From NCBI RefSeq assembly GCF_009914755.1, contig NC_060925.1: a DNA stretch of 64,000 bases. The stretch is one strand, 5' to 3'. This DNA comes from the human T2T-CHM13v2.0 reference genome, Homo sapiens. Within the stretch, counting starts at the first letter, position 1, and each line of letters starts with the position of its first letter. The notes below the pieces were generated by a model. It worked only from the letters and a program-made list of their open reading frames with translations, did not search any database and was not told the origin of the DNA. Both the position numbers and the translations under genes were made by a program. Positions 1 through 15,121 of the stretch are shown here, in pieces.

Positions 1-1706
1 GAACGAAGGTTCATAACTGCACAGCACATGGCAATGAGAGGTGCGTGTCAGGCTGCTGCTGAGAAGTTTGAAAAAACCAACTGCAAAGTTAAGTTGTCTA
101 TCATGCTGGGAGGGGATGGGATGATGATGGCAGCATTCCCTCATCCCAGGATGCCGTTGAACACAGCGTGTGTAAATGTCATTCCCAGTGTGTGTGCACA
201 TCAGCCCGCCTCTCGCTGCATGGCTGGATGAAGTCCCCCTTGTGGGAGAAGAGCTGAGGACACCCAGGTCCATGTTACAGGTGAAGAGTTTTTGCATGGC
301 CAGTGATGCTTCTGTGAGTTTCATTGAAGACTTGAAAAGCTACATGTGGTCAGCCCCAATGGCGTGCCCACCTAGCATGTGCATCCTGATGGGGCTCTGG
401 TGCACACGTCCCCCAGGGACCCGAGTGCTGACAGGCTCTGTTAGCAGGAGCAGGGAGTAGTTCTCACCACAGATAGTGAGGTTGAGACCAGGACCTTCAT
501 CTTTCCAGGGTTCCGAGTGGTACAAGGAAGAGGGCAGAGGGAAGCCACATTCCACTTTCCAATGGAAGCTGGGGGGACTGTGCTTAGACAAGCATTTGAA
601 ATGAGAGATGGACTGAAAATAGCTCTTCACCTTCTTCACAGACCAGGAAAGGTCATGGATGGGCAAGAGCATGGTTTGAAAGCCAAGAATAAGACACTGG
701 AATTGTTTAAGAAGATGGTTCCATGGGAAATGGCTCCATGTTCCAGATTTCATTCTCTCTCTACTTGACACGGCTTTTTTTTTCTTTGCTGATTGGAGCA
801 GGAAATCAATAATGCATATTGGAAATATTTAGAAACTCCATCCAAAGTTGCATTAGCATGTAAAGGATCTCTAGAGTCCAGTGCGACAGACAGCTCCCTC
901 TATCTTTCCCCACATGTTGAGACACTTAAGTTCCCAGCCTTGAACAACCTGCCATCCCACAGAACTCTGAAAGTGGCTTCAGTGAGAAATTCTTCAATGC
1001 TGGTCTTCGCTGCCTGCGACTCCTGCAGCCCCAGATGGTGGGCCGGGATGGTGGGAGGGAAAAGCAAGCTGAGAACAGCTGCAAGGTTGTCTAGGATTCA
1101 AGTCATCTTCATTAAGCCCACTCTAGGGGGCCTGTGAGGGTTCACAGACACCATCTATCTCTCGACATTTTCACCATGGTCTTTAATCTTTAAATGCTAT
1201 GTTTTACTCTCCTTTAAGGAGTTACCTGAGAGCTGTTGGTTGGTATGTGGGCCCAATGCCTGTTAAGTCATCTATATACTGTGGGCCAAAGTTTCAGCTC
1301 CGATGGCTTGTGGTCAGCATTTGATGTCATGATGGACAGAGAGAGCATTTGTTTGGTGCCTACTGGGTGCCAGAAGCCAGTCCTGGGCTCCTGCCCCCAG
1401 GGAGGAGCCCCAGCCCTCTGCTCAGATGCCCCCTTTGCTTTAGCTGGAAGGATATGGGGAAAAAGGGCCTCCGCCAGTGTCTCTCTCACTGAGCATTCTC
1501 CCTGGGGTCACATCTCCCCTCAAACCTGATCTGATAACTATGTGACCATGGAAGTTTGCAAAGAGGGAGGCTCTGAAGAGGAAAGTGGGTTCTGACCAGC
1601 TGCAGCTGCAGAGGGCTGGTGGGCAGGGTGCTCCGGCGGGGGGCTCCGGTGCTCAGTGCTCCTGTCCTGTGGCCATTCTGCCCCAGAGAAGCAAAAAATC
1701 TGTATT

Positions 1707-1787
1707 AAACTCTGTATCGAAGATGAGGAAGAGAGACCTGTGTCAAACTCTGTATCGAACATGAGGAAGAGAGACCTGTGTCAAACT
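1707..1787. repeat. 38-bp tandem duplication (about 2.1 copies)
   Basis: aaactctgtatcgaa(g/c)atgaggaagagagacctgtgtc occurs at 1707 and 1745 with one mismatch. Confidence 0.95.
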
Positions 1788-2651
1788 TTGCTGCCCTGTG
1801 CAGCAAGAGGGAGAGAAGCCTTCAGAGCACCTTGTTCCAGAGACTCCCCGTGGGCTGCAGGAGCTGGGCACTGCTGAGCTTTCTGCAGGAAGCCTTGGCC
1901 CCTTCTGGTGGAGGCGTCCTTCTGTTTTCCAGAAGGCCTCTGTCGCCAGAGCTCGGCTAGGGATTGCCGAAGGGAACTAAGTAATTAGCCCCAATTTATA
2001 TTAATGACATTTTAGATTAGCTGCAGCTGAGCCTGGCCTCCGTCCTGCGCACTGGGGACCTAGATGTGAAGGGGAAATGTGAAAATGTAAATAAAAAAGC
2101 AAAAAAGACAAAATAATGGCGCCAGTTGTGTAAAAGGGAAAATGTGGGAGGAGGCGGGAGGGTAAGGGGACGAAGCTGGGAGCACCTGGAGTGGGTGCCT
2201 TGGGCTGCCCTCACACCCACAAGGGCCCCTCCCTCCTGGTCATCTGTGATGCCCCCACCCACATCACCTATGAGGGGCCCTGCAGCCACATTCACTGACC
2301 TCCACCCCATCCCCTAGTCGAAGGCGATTGGGGCAGGGGCCAGTCAGAGCTGCTCCCCACCCTGGAGTCCACATAAGAGGATGATGGAAAGGTCACTCCC
2401 GGCAGGTGGCCACCCCCAGATGGTGGCAATGGGTGCAGGCTCTGAGCCCTCTGCTTATATTTAAACCCTAACTCCACAGGGCAGGATCCTAGATCATCGT
2501 GTACTTTGGGTCCCTCTGCCTGTAAAATGGGGTTGATGACACCCAGCTGGGTGGGGCCTGTGGGAGGTTAACCTGGCAGGTGCTCAGCTCTGTGCTGGGC
2601 CCCAGGGCTCACTCTGCTGCACTGATGAAGCATCTCTCTCGTCTAGCACCC

Positions 2652-3064
2652 TGTGTTAGTTCACTGTTGCCTATAACAGAATACCTGAAACTGGACCTTT
2701 GTAAAGAAAAGAAATGTATTTCTTACAGTTCTGGAGGCTGGGAAGTCCAAGGCTGAGGGGCTGACATCTGATGAGGACCTTCATGCTAGTAGGGACCCCA
2801 CAGAGCCCTGAGACTGTGCAGGGCATGGCCTGGCACGGGGCTGAGCGTGCTGGCAGGGTCTCTCTTCCTCGTCTTTGTAAGACCACCAGTCCCACTCTCC
2901 TGATAATCCATGAATCCACGAATCCATGAATGGATGAATCAGCTCATGGGGGCAGAGCCCTTATGACTCAATCACCTATTGAAGGCCCCACCTCCCAGCA
3001 CTGCTGCATTGGGGATTAAGTTTGAGCACGGGTTCTGGAGAGGACAGATACTCAGACTGTAGCA
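2652..3064 (-). mobile_element. MaLR solo LTR (MST/MLT1A type)
   Basis: Termini tgtgttag...tgtagca; MaLR motif cagttctggaggctgggaagtccaag; near-TSD caccc/caacc. Confidence 0.85.
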
Positions 3065-3182
3065 CAACCACTCAGCTGGGCTTGTGGTTTCCTTTCCAGG
3101 CTTATCTGTGAAGTGAATGAATGAAAGATGAGTAAATTAAATGAATGAGTAATTGAATGAATTAATCTGGGTAGTTTGCCTA

Positions 3183-3370
<188 letters not shown>

Positions 3371-4346
3371 AGGGAAAAATTTTCCTTCCTCCCTCCCAGG
3401 TTTCCTGAGACAGCTCAGAACATTTGTCTTTCCAGTTTGTCCGTATCTGCAGCATGGGGGCAGATGCAGAGACTGTCATGAAATGGGGTGGGGGCGGCGT
3501 CTGGGACCTGCCTTGCTTCTCTCTGGAAGGCCTTTGCCACAGATTTGCCATTGGCATGGGTTGTCATTGGCATGGATTTGCTGTCTGTTCCAACAGAGAT
3601 GAGGTGGACTCTGGGAGACAATGTGCTGGCCGAGAGCAGGGCAGGGCAAGGCCTCAGGCCAGGTCTCATGTCCAGGGTGATACCTGAATCCACCATCCAT
3701 GGCTGTTTGCACAGTGCTGTGTCTGTCCTGCACTGCAGTGGGTGCTGCTATCAGATGCCATGAAAAAGACAAAGGACTACATTTTAGGAGGTGAACAGAC
3801 AGCAAGCAAGTGACCCAACCAATGTCTGTGTGATGTTCACCTGCGGTGAGGGCTGAAGACCCCTGGGCTGGGGTAGGGGCATCTGACTGTCCTGGAAGAG
3901 AAAGGAGAGCAGCTTGGGAGAAGAGAGGGTCAGAGGGTGGGAGATGGGGATGGGGAGACACCTTAGGGAGAGGCCCCAAACTGGGGGGCTTCAGAGAATG
4001 GAAGCCAACGTGACCGTGAATGATGTGGAGACGGGGAGTCAGGGCCACCCGCCAACTCCTCAGGCCTGGAGGGAGTTTGCACTCAGTTTGAAGGACGGTG
4101 GGAAGCAGGGTCTTTGGGAGCCACGTCAGAAGCTGGTGGCCGCCACAGAAGAGACGCTGAGCCTCCCCTCTCCTCCCTGGGTCCTGGGGCAGGAAAGTAT
4201 GGGGCTGATGGGGCCCCCAGGGGACCCCGTATCCGCCGATGCTCAGAGGAGGAGGCCTGTGGTGGCGGCAGCCCCGGCCCTTCCCGCATCCAGTCCCAGT
4301 CTTGGTCCTGGGGAGGCAGAGGCTGTTTTAATTTTTATTCTGTTCT

Positions 4347-4840
4347 TGTGTTAGTTTTCCGAGGTTGCCACAATGACTCCCCACAAACAGGGTGACTTAA
4401 CACAACAAAAACGTATTCTCTCTCAGTCCTAGGGGCCACATGTCTGAAACCAAGGTGTGGGCAGGCCCATGCTCCTTCCAACCACCCTGGGGAGGGTCCC
4501 TGCTGCCTTTTCAGCCTCTGGTGGACCCAGGCATTCCTTGGCTTGTGGCCGCATTGCCCGATTTCCACCTCCTTCTCCACATGGTGCTTTCTTCTCCTTT
4601 CACTTCCCTTCTGTCTGCCTCAAACCACCCTCTGCTTTCTCCTACAAGGACACCTGCCATTGGACTAAGGCCTATGGGGATAATCCAAAATGATCGCATC
4701 TCAAGATCCTTAGCCTAAGGACATCTGTAAACACCTGTGTTCCAAATAAGGTCACACCCACAAGCTCCAGGACTCTGAGAGTGGGTGAAAAGTGTGTGTC
4801 ATACTTTGCTTCTTGAGGGGCCGCCCTGCAGCTCCCATCT
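4347..4840 (-). mobile_element. MLT1 (MLT1C/D-like) solo LTR, with a 47-bp foreign segment near its right end
   Basis: MLT1 motifs tgtgttagttttcc...cacaaacagggtgacttaa...ccaaataaggtcaca. Confidence 0.8.
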
Positions 4841-7642
4841 GTGGTACTCAGAGTCCCAGGGCAGCAGGCTGCACTTGCCTCTGATGAAGGTTGTTTCTCT
4901 CAGTGGGATCCAGCAGCTTCCGCTTCCCCTGCTTTTTCCGGGATGGGGACTCTCAGGGCCTGGTGGGCAGCATGGAGCCGGAAGCTACCCCTGGTCCCTC
5001 TGGATCCAGAACATGTGTGCCTCCTGCACTTCCCCCACGGGAACAGCATCCCTCTAACTCCCTCAGAGCCTGGGCAGGCAATTCTGACCCTGACCCATTG
5101 TCCCACTTGAGCCCGGGAAACGGAAGAAACTGGATCTGGTTTGTATTCGAGGGCTCAGGTCAGGGGCCAGAACGGATGATAAGGGGGGAACCCAAGAAAA
5201 CCCCCAGAAAGGATCCCCACCTCCTCCTGAGGAGCTGTGAGCCCCTCCCTCTGTACAGAGGACTCTCATGCTCCAGTAACAGCCTCGGCCCAGTGCGGTC
5301 ACCCCGGCCCTGCCGACTCCTTGTAAGCCCCTTCCTTAGGCCGTGCACCCCATTAGAACAGACATGAGCCCTTGCTTGGGGCCAGAAACTGCTGCAGTCC
5401 TGCACTGGGTTTTGCTCCCAAACATGAAAACGGTTGTTACCATGCTGCCCACTGGTCCTCCACAACATGCAGAGGCCACCATCTGAGACATTCAGGATGG
5501 TTTGTTTCTCGAGCCTGTCCTGTGCTTCAGGGGCATAACATGTTGTCTGTTGTCCTCACCCCCATCCAGAATGGCGGGTGTGACTGTCCCCATTTCACAG
5601 GTGTGCATAGTTTACATAGCCGGTGAGTGGCCAGGTGTGTTCCTTCTCAGGTTTACCTGCTTCCACCCTGATGGGTGGTGGCACCCCTTCCTCAAGTATA
5701 AGATGGCAGGTACATTATTTGGGGAAATGCCTCCACAGGGGGAAATCGGGATGGACACCAGAGGCAGCCGGGGACCTCCACCAGTGGGTTCACAGCAGCC
5801 AAGGCCAGCAAGGCACAGCCCAGCGGATGAAGGGGCTGGCCTTCCTGGTGCCCTGCAAGCTGCACTCCTGGTGAGTTGCTTGCCAGCTGCTGCTGCCCTG
5901 AGCCTGCTTCCTGGGTAGCCTTTCTGGGGCTCACTCAGCAGGTGGCTGCAGGGCACCCACAGGCTCAGTAATCAAGGCCAAGTGGCTTCAGGGAGAAGGC
6001 AGTGTCAGGAGGCTGGCAAGGACGATGGCCACGGTGAGTCCCATGAGGCTCATGGTGTTTCCCAGGCAAGGCTGACGGGGTTTGACTTGTCTGACAAAGG
6101 ACCCTTGTCCCCAGCTGTGCTGCCGGGGGCTCTCGAGGAAGCTCTTTGTGTTAGCAGCTGGTTGCACCCCCTGCATGTGGTGGGGGACTTGCACACAGCA
6201 GCTAGGGGGGATTTGGGAGCCTCTGGAGTAGGTGGGTAAGAGGTGGAGGGGGCTGCAGATCTTGGGGTACACCTGCAGCCTCACCTGTGCCCATGGCCTG
6301 CCTCACCTGGTCCTGTCCTTCTCTTTCTTCCCCTAGGCCCTGTCTCTGACTTAGAGGTGATTGGCAGATGGGGCAGGATGCCTGTCAGTCATGGCCCACC
6401 CCACTGTGTTACTCCTCCTGCAGTCAGTTGGGAGCATGGCTGTGACTCTGGCCTGGAACCAGGCAAGAGGAAAGCCCTTCCCACTCGCTGGCTGCAGAGA
6501 GGCCACCCAGCAGAGCCAGCAAGGGTCTGTGATACAATGAGGCCTGGGTGACCCTGCTGTTCCGTCCCATCATTGCAGGGGCTTGGTGAGCTCCCCGGTT
6601 ACTTGGATCCTGCTTCCCCCTTTGTAAAGTGGAAGGTGACAGCAGCATACACCTCTGAGGGTAGCACGAGAAGCCAATGAGCCAGGAGGGCAGGGCCAAC
6701 ACCCAGGATATTTAACAACTGGCAGCATCCACAGGCCTGGTGTCCATTGTCACCACTCTTCATTTGCAGAGGCAGGGAGCATGCAGACTGTTCATGGGGC
6801 CTTGGGACAGTGCTATATACCCACCCATGTGCAAGAGTATGTCAATCTTTTAGCAGTCTTGACAGTGGCACCGGGTCTGTACATTGTGTGTGTGGGAACA
6901 CCTAGCACAGTGCCGGAACACAGTGCCAGTAAGAGCTCAGTGCTGGTAAGAGCTCAGCAAATGAGAGCTGCTGTCTGCCTGGGTTCCTGAGTGACTGCGT
7001 GGAGCAGAGCTGTCTGCTGATCGGGAATACTCACTGTGTGCTGTTGCTTAAGAGCTTTTGTTTCAGCAGTTTCACCTTTCATCTGAACTGGCACAAGCAT
7101 CTGAGAGCCTTATCCTCTCACCTGAGAGTCACAGCCACCTTGTAGGCCGAGGGGGTACATATCATTGCTCCAGTGTCATGGGGGAAAACAAGACTGGAAT
7201 CTTGATTTGTGCAGCTGGAGGGTAGAGAATGGGCTTCACTGTCAGAAACACCAAGGAAATACCCAGTTCATCCCGTCACTGGCTTTGAATCCAGTCCCAG
7301 AGCCCCTCAGAGCCTCATGTTCCTCATCTGTAGAATGGGATGATGATGTCTTTCTGGCTGTGGGGAGGGCAATGTGAGAAGGTCACGCAGGCGGCACCAG
7401 CAAACAACAGCTGTTCCTCGCAGCAGGGCAGTTGCATGATGATTGGCCCAGCTCTGCACACCCCACCAGGGCTGTGGGTCGGCCCCTCAGTCAAAGGCAA
7501 GCACTTGAGAACCAAGTCAAAAGCCAAGTGCAGAGCAGGCTCCTCCTGTCCCTTGTATCGCACGCAGGTGACAGCCTGGGTTGATTCACTCGCCTTCACT
7601 TCCTTAGATATAGACTCTTAGGCATTCTTTAAAAACCCCCTT

Positions 7643-7972
<330 letters not shown>

Positions 7973-8239
7973 TTAAGAAACAGAACACAATAGACTCTTC
8001 TAGTTGAGAGAAGTCAACCAGACATTCCAAACCTCAGAAGCAGGTAATGGGAGCTCAGGAGTTATAATTTGCCACTAATTGTCACTCTGTTGCCTGCAGG
8101 GCCATTCTGCTGGTTCACTCCTGGAGAGAGGTCCAGAGTAAGCTTCTAATGACCAAGGAGACAGATTTATCCCACGATGTGGTGCTGTCTACCATCACGG
8201 AAGTAACAAATAAAAGAAGACAAAGAAGACAAGACTCCA

Positions 8240-8335
8240 TTTTTCCCCCTCCCTCCATCCCCTCTCTCTCCTCTCTCTTTCCCTCTCCTTCCTTCCATCT
8301 TTCTCTCTCTCTGTTTCTCTCTTTCTCCCTCCTTT
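8240..8335. repeat. CT-rich low-complexity tract
   Basis: Near-pure pyrimidine run. Confidence 0.8.
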
Positions 8336-8372
8336 GCTGTTTCTGTGAACAAACTCAGTTCACCAACTAGTT

Positions 8373-8723
8373 TGTATTAGTCTGTTTTCATGGTGCGGAT
8401 AAAGACATACACAAGACTGGGTAATTTATGAGGAAAAACAGCCACAGTTCCACGTGGCTGGGGAGGCCTCACAATCGTGGCTGAAGGTAAAAGACACATT
8501 TTACATGGTGGCAGGCAAGAGAGAATGAGAACCAAGTGAAAGGGGTTTCCCCTTATAAAACCATCAGATCTCCTGAGACTTATTCACTACCATGAGAACA
8601 GTGTGGGGGAAACTGCCCTCGTGATTCATTCATCTCCCGCCGGGCCCCTCCCACAACATGTGGGAATCATGGGAGCTACAATTCAAGATGAGATTTGGGT
8701 GGGGACGCGGCCAAACCACATCA
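8373..8723 (-). mobile_element. THE1 (THE1B-like) solo LTR
   Basis: tgtattagtctgttttcat...tcaagatgagatttgggtgggga...aaccacatca; near-TSD tagtt/cagtt. Confidence 0.9.
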
Positions 8724-9009
8724 CAGTTATGACAGGTGTGTTGGGCCAGGCCCAGCATTCTAACTTGGAGATCTGGGCTGAGAAGTCACAAAAGTTCAGA
8801 GTCAGGCTGCAGAGAAAGGATGAAAACATGGGAAGATGGTCCTTCCCACGAGTCAACCCTGTTCATTTTCCACAGCCAGTTCTGCTGCTGGACTCTTCCC
8901 TGACTCCCTGTAGAAGGGCCTCCTTCCCACGCATTCCATGCCCCTCTCTTTCAGCAGTGTCTCAGGGGCTGGATGTGGGATGCAGATCCTGATGCAGCTA
9001 CTCAACAGC

Positions 9010-9090
9010 TGCTGACCTCAGTTTCCTCATCTGTGAAACGAGAGTGATTGGGCCCCAGCTTCCTGGGATTGTGGTGAGAAATAAGTAGGA
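9010..9090 (+). mobile_element. MIR fragment
   Basis: MIR core cctcagtttcctcatctgtgaaa. Confidence 0.6.
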
Positions 9091-9449
9091 TACTGAGGAG
9101 TCCTCCAGGCATGGGATTTGATTGGGACAGAAGTTCCATCCACCCAACCTCTCTTGTACCTTCCCTGTATTTGCCAGGGTGCAAACCAGGGACTTCACAC
9201 TCCTGTGTCAATCATGAAATGTCTCTCCCCTCCTCCTTCTTCTTTCCAGCACCCACCTTCCTTCTCTGTTTGATCAGTGGTCCCGAGGGAGAGACTGCAG
9301 GTCTTGGGTGTGGGGAGGCAGGGAGCTGCAGGGGACTGGAAGGGTTTGGGAGGGGTAAGTGGGTGGGAACCCTAGGATCTGGGGTGGGCTAAAGGTGGGG
9401 CATGGGTAGGTGGGGCCAAGGTGGGGTCTGGCCTCTCACTGGGAGGGAG

Positions 9450-9520
9450 ATTATCCATTTACTTATTCATTATTTGTTCAGCAAATATTTCTTGAGAACC
9501 TTCCAGGCACTGGGCACTGG
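9450..9520 (-). mobile_element. L2 3'-end fragment
   Basis: ttattcattatttgttcagcaaatatttcttgag resembles the L2 tail. Confidence 0.5.
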
Positions 9521-9847
9521 AAGTCAAGGGAAGATGGGGTGCAGGCTGCCCCAGAAATGAAGACAGGGCATCCTCATGGATTTCTTCACCGAGGTGGGGG
9601 CAGGGACTGCAGAGAAGCTGGCTCAGTGGACCAAGGCACCTGAACACACACCTGCTGGGCTGTTAGGGAAAGAGCCCCCGGCCAGGGTGGACACTGGTGT
9701 CTCTCAGCCACCGCAGGCCGTGGGGGTGGGAGGTGAGGCCAGGGAACACTCGGGGCACAGACACGAAGCCCAGCCCAGCTTCACCTGCTCCTTCTCCAGC
9801 CCCTCTGGCCTTCACTGTATCCACCCATTTGTTGTCAGGCTGACAGT

Positions 9848-10275
9848 GACTTTAGTGGGTCAAATAATGACCCCACAACATTCTCATCTGCCTGGAACCA
9901 TAGAGTATGAGCTTATTTGGGGATTGGGTCTTTGCAGATGTAACTGGTTAAGGTGCAGTCATACTGATTAGGGGGAGCCCTAATCCAATGACTGGAGTCC
10001 TTAGAAGAAGAAAAGATCTAGAAACACACAGGGAGAAGGCCACATGACTATGGGGCGGAGACCAGGTGCCGTTGCCTCAAACCAAGGAACATGGGACATT
10101 TCAGCAAACCACCAGCAGCTGGATGAGGCTGGGGCAGATTCTCCCTCCCAGCCTCAGAAGGAACCAGCCCTGTACACACTTGGATTGTGGACTTCTGGCC
10201 TCCAGAACTGTAAGAGAGGAAATTCTTGTTGTTTTAAGACACTCAGTGTGTGATACTTTGTAGAGAGGCACTGGC
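9848..10275 (+). mobile_element. MLT1 (B/C-like) LTR
   Basis: ggtctttgcagatgtaa...ccctaatccaatgactgg...ggacttctggcctccagaactgtaagag. Confidence 0.8.
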
Positions 10276-10339
10276 CCCCTGACATCCTGCCTCTATGAGC
10301 TGAGCATGTGCAGAGGCTGTCAGAGGAGCAGTCCGCGTC

Positions 10340-10790
<451 letters not shown>

Positions 10791-11669
10791 GGCACATAAA
10801 CATTTCCTTAAGAATATTTTTTCTGTCTCTGTAGCTGAAAAATTGATGCTACTATGCCGGAAGCTTTTTCCCTGCCAGCCCCCTCCCTGCCCTGACTTGG
10901 AACACGAGTTCGGTGATGCTGAGAGTGGGTGAAATGTGTGTGTCATACTTTGCTTCTTGAGAGGCTGATTGGTGAGACAACTGGGGATTGGCTGGGATGA
11001 CATCATCTTTTATTTATCAGAATTTCACACTTAGATGTCTGTAAATAAAACATTAGAGAAATAGTGTGGGTCTAATCACAGGCCAGAGGGGTCACTGTTC
11101 CCAGAGGAACCAATGAGCTCAGTGTGAGGCAAAGCTGCTGCTTCCCCAGGAAAGGACATTTCCCAGAGGTGGACACTCCCTCGGGTCCCAAGCCAGTAAC
11201 CCTCCTTTCCACACCTGCCTCCTCAGAGGAATGGGACTGTGCCATCTTGGTACCAACTCCTGACACTCTCAGGTGGTAACCATGGGCAACACTTTCGCCC
11301 ACTTAGATTTATTAGGAGAACCTGAGAAGCCCGAGAGCAAATGCAAAATCAAGTCACCAGGCAAACAGAACCAAATCAACGTTGTACTGGGGCAGAATCC
11401 CCTGGGAGAAGAAAGGGAGCTCAGGGTGGCCAAGAGGTCAGCACAAAGAATGTGAGGCAGCAGTTCCATCACCCTGGAATCCTGGGACCAGCTGCGGCCA
11501 TTCACACATTCCTCCAGCAGGCTGAGCCTTGCTGCCCGTAGGTTGATGGGCCAGGTACAGGGTGGGTGGGAATGGGGGTGCATTGGACACCGTACCTGAT
11601 AACTGGACTCTTGAGGTCCCTGAGTGAAGAGCCCACAGGGTAGTAGTAGCTGACATTTATGTAACCCTC

Positions 11670-12210
11670 TGTAGATTCTGTCTTGGTGTCACCTCTTTTA
11701 TTGCTAATATTGGTAATTTATGTCTTATCTATATTTTATGTGAACAGTCTGACTAGAAGTTTCAAAATTTTGTTTACCTGCTCAAAGACCCTAGCTTCTA
11801 ATCTCATCAATTTCTATTGTTTTTCTGCTTCTCATTTCATTGATTTCTACTCTGGTCATTATTATTTTCTTTTAGTTACTTAGGGTCTAATTTGCTATTC
11901 TTTTGCTGATTTCTTAAGGGGGAAGCTGATGTCAAAGATTAAAGGTCTTTCTTCTCTCTAAAGTAGGTATTTCAGTGCTATCAATTTTCCTCCAATTACT
12001 GCTTTGGTTGCATCCCACAATTTAGATAAGTTATGTTTAATTTTTATTACCAATTTCCAGTTTTTCTTTTGATTTTTTTCTTCAACCCATGGGCACTTTT
12101 GAAGTATATTATTTGATGTCCACGTATTTGTGAGTTTTCTTGATATTTTTCTCTTATTGATTTCTAGCTGAATTCCACTGTAGTCGGAGAATGAATGTAC
12201 TTTATACAAC
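11670..12210 (-). mobile_element. Old L1 (L1M) ORF2-region fragment
   Basis: T-rich antisense L1 sequence. The minus-strand ORF 11958-12329 contains L1 ORF2-like peptides SDYSGIQLEIN and LWDATKAVIGGKLIAL. Confidence 0.8.
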
Positions 12211-12211
12211 T

Positions 12212-13383
<1,172 letters not shown>

Positions 13384-13802
13384 TGTATTAGGCTATTCTT
13401 GTATTGCTATAAAGAAGTACATGAGACTGAATCATTCATAAAGAAAAGAGGTTTGATTGGCTAACAGCTTTGTGGGCTGTACATGGAGCATGGTGCCAGC
13501 ATCTGCTCAGCTGCTAGTGAGGCCTTGGGCTGCTTACAATAATAGTGGAAGGCAAAGGGGAGCTGACATCGCATGTGGGGAATGTGGGAGTAAGAGAGAG
13601 GAGGGAGGTGCCACACACTTAAACAACCAGATCTCAGGTGAACTCACTAAGGGAGAACTCATTCATCACCAAAGGGATGGCACCAAGCCCTTCATGAGGG
13701 ATCTGCCCCATGATCCAATCACCTCCCATCGGGCCCCATCTCCAACATTAGGGATGACATTTCAGCATGAGATTTAGAGGGGGCCACATCCAAACTCTAT
13801 CG
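13384..13802 (-). mobile_element. MST (MSTB-like) solo LTR inserted at the terminus of MER21
   Basis: tgtattaggctattcttgtattgctataaag...ttcagcatgagatttagaggg; 5-bp TSD cacca/cacca. Confidence 0.88.
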
Positions 13803-13809
13803 CACCACA

Positions 13810-15121
13810 GCTCGTATCTTTTGAAATCCATTGAAACTTGTTTTATAAATGAGACTATGGTCTATGTCGGCAAATTTTCCATGCGCACTTGAAAAGAGCA
13901 TGCGTGGTGCTGTTGGGTGGAGTGCCTTTTAAATGCTAAGTAGATCAACCCAGGTGATAGTGTTACTCTATATCCTCATGGATTTTCTGTCTACTTGTTC
14001 CACCAATTATTGAGAAAGGGGTGTTGACTATAATTGCCATTTATCTCTCTCCTTGCAGCTCCTTAAGTTTTTGCTTCAGGGATTCTGAAGCTTGTTAATT
14101 AGGTATATGGATGTTTAGGGTTGTTATGTCACTTTGAGGAACTGACCTCTTGATTGTGATGAAATTACTGTCTTTATCCTTATTTTAGTATTCTTTGCTC
14201 TAAAATCTACTTGTCTGATATTTGTATAGCCGCCCCAGCTTTCTCATGGTTAGTATATTTTTTTGCATCCATTTAATTATAACTTATTTGTGTCTTTATA
14301 CTTGAAATGAGTTTCTTGTAGGTTTCATATTGCTGGTGAACTCTTGCTTTTAAATTTTTAATTTGTACATGACATGTACATAATCTGTACAAAAGATTTG
14401 TACATGACTTGTATAAAAATTATACAAATAATTTTTTTATGATTTCTATACATAATTTGTCGTTTTCTCTGGTTGCGGTTTGGTTATGATATCCCTTGGT
14501 GTCATTTTTTGTCATGTTGCTTGTTGATATGGTTTGACTGTGTCCCCACCCAAATCTTAGCTTGAATTGTAATTCCCATAATTCCCATGTGTCCTGGGAG
14601 GGACCTGGTGGGAGGTAATTGAATCACGGAGGTGGTTTCTCCCATGCTGTTCTCGTGACAGTGAGTGAGTTCTCATGGAATCTGATAGTTTTATAAGCAT
14701 CTGGCATTTCCCCTGCTGGCACTCATTCTTTCTCCTGCCACCCTGTGAAGAGGTGACTTCCATCATGATCGTAAGTTTCCTGAGGCCTCCCTAGCCATGC
14801 AGAACTGTGAGTCAGTTAAACCTCTTTTCTTTATAAATTACCCGGTCTCGGGTATTTCTTCATAGCAGTGTGAGAATGGACTAATATACTTGTACCTGGG
14901 GTTCATTGAGCTTCTTGGCAGTTTTCATCAAATTTGAATAATATTAGGCCAGTATTCCTTTACATGTTTACTATCCACCCTCCCTCTTATAAAAGTAAGA
15001 CCCACAATTGCATCCATATTAGGCTATTGAAATTGTCTCATGGTCCATTGATACTTTGTATATTATTTTCAGCCCCCTTTCCATGACATTATGGGTGACT
15101 TATATTTCTATGCCCTGAAAT
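13810..15121 (-). mobile_element. Old L1 (L1M) fragments, continuing the element at 11670 and interrupted by a THE1 LTR
   Basis: Antisense L1 motifs, e.g. cttgaaaagagcatg...tgttgggtggagtg and ggggttcattgagcttcttgg. Confidence 0.65.
14525..14888 (+). mobile_element. THE1 (THE1D-like) solo LTR
   Basis: tgatatggtttgactgtgtccccacccaaatc...ggactaatata; perfect 5-bp TSD cttgt/cttgt. Confidence 0.92.
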
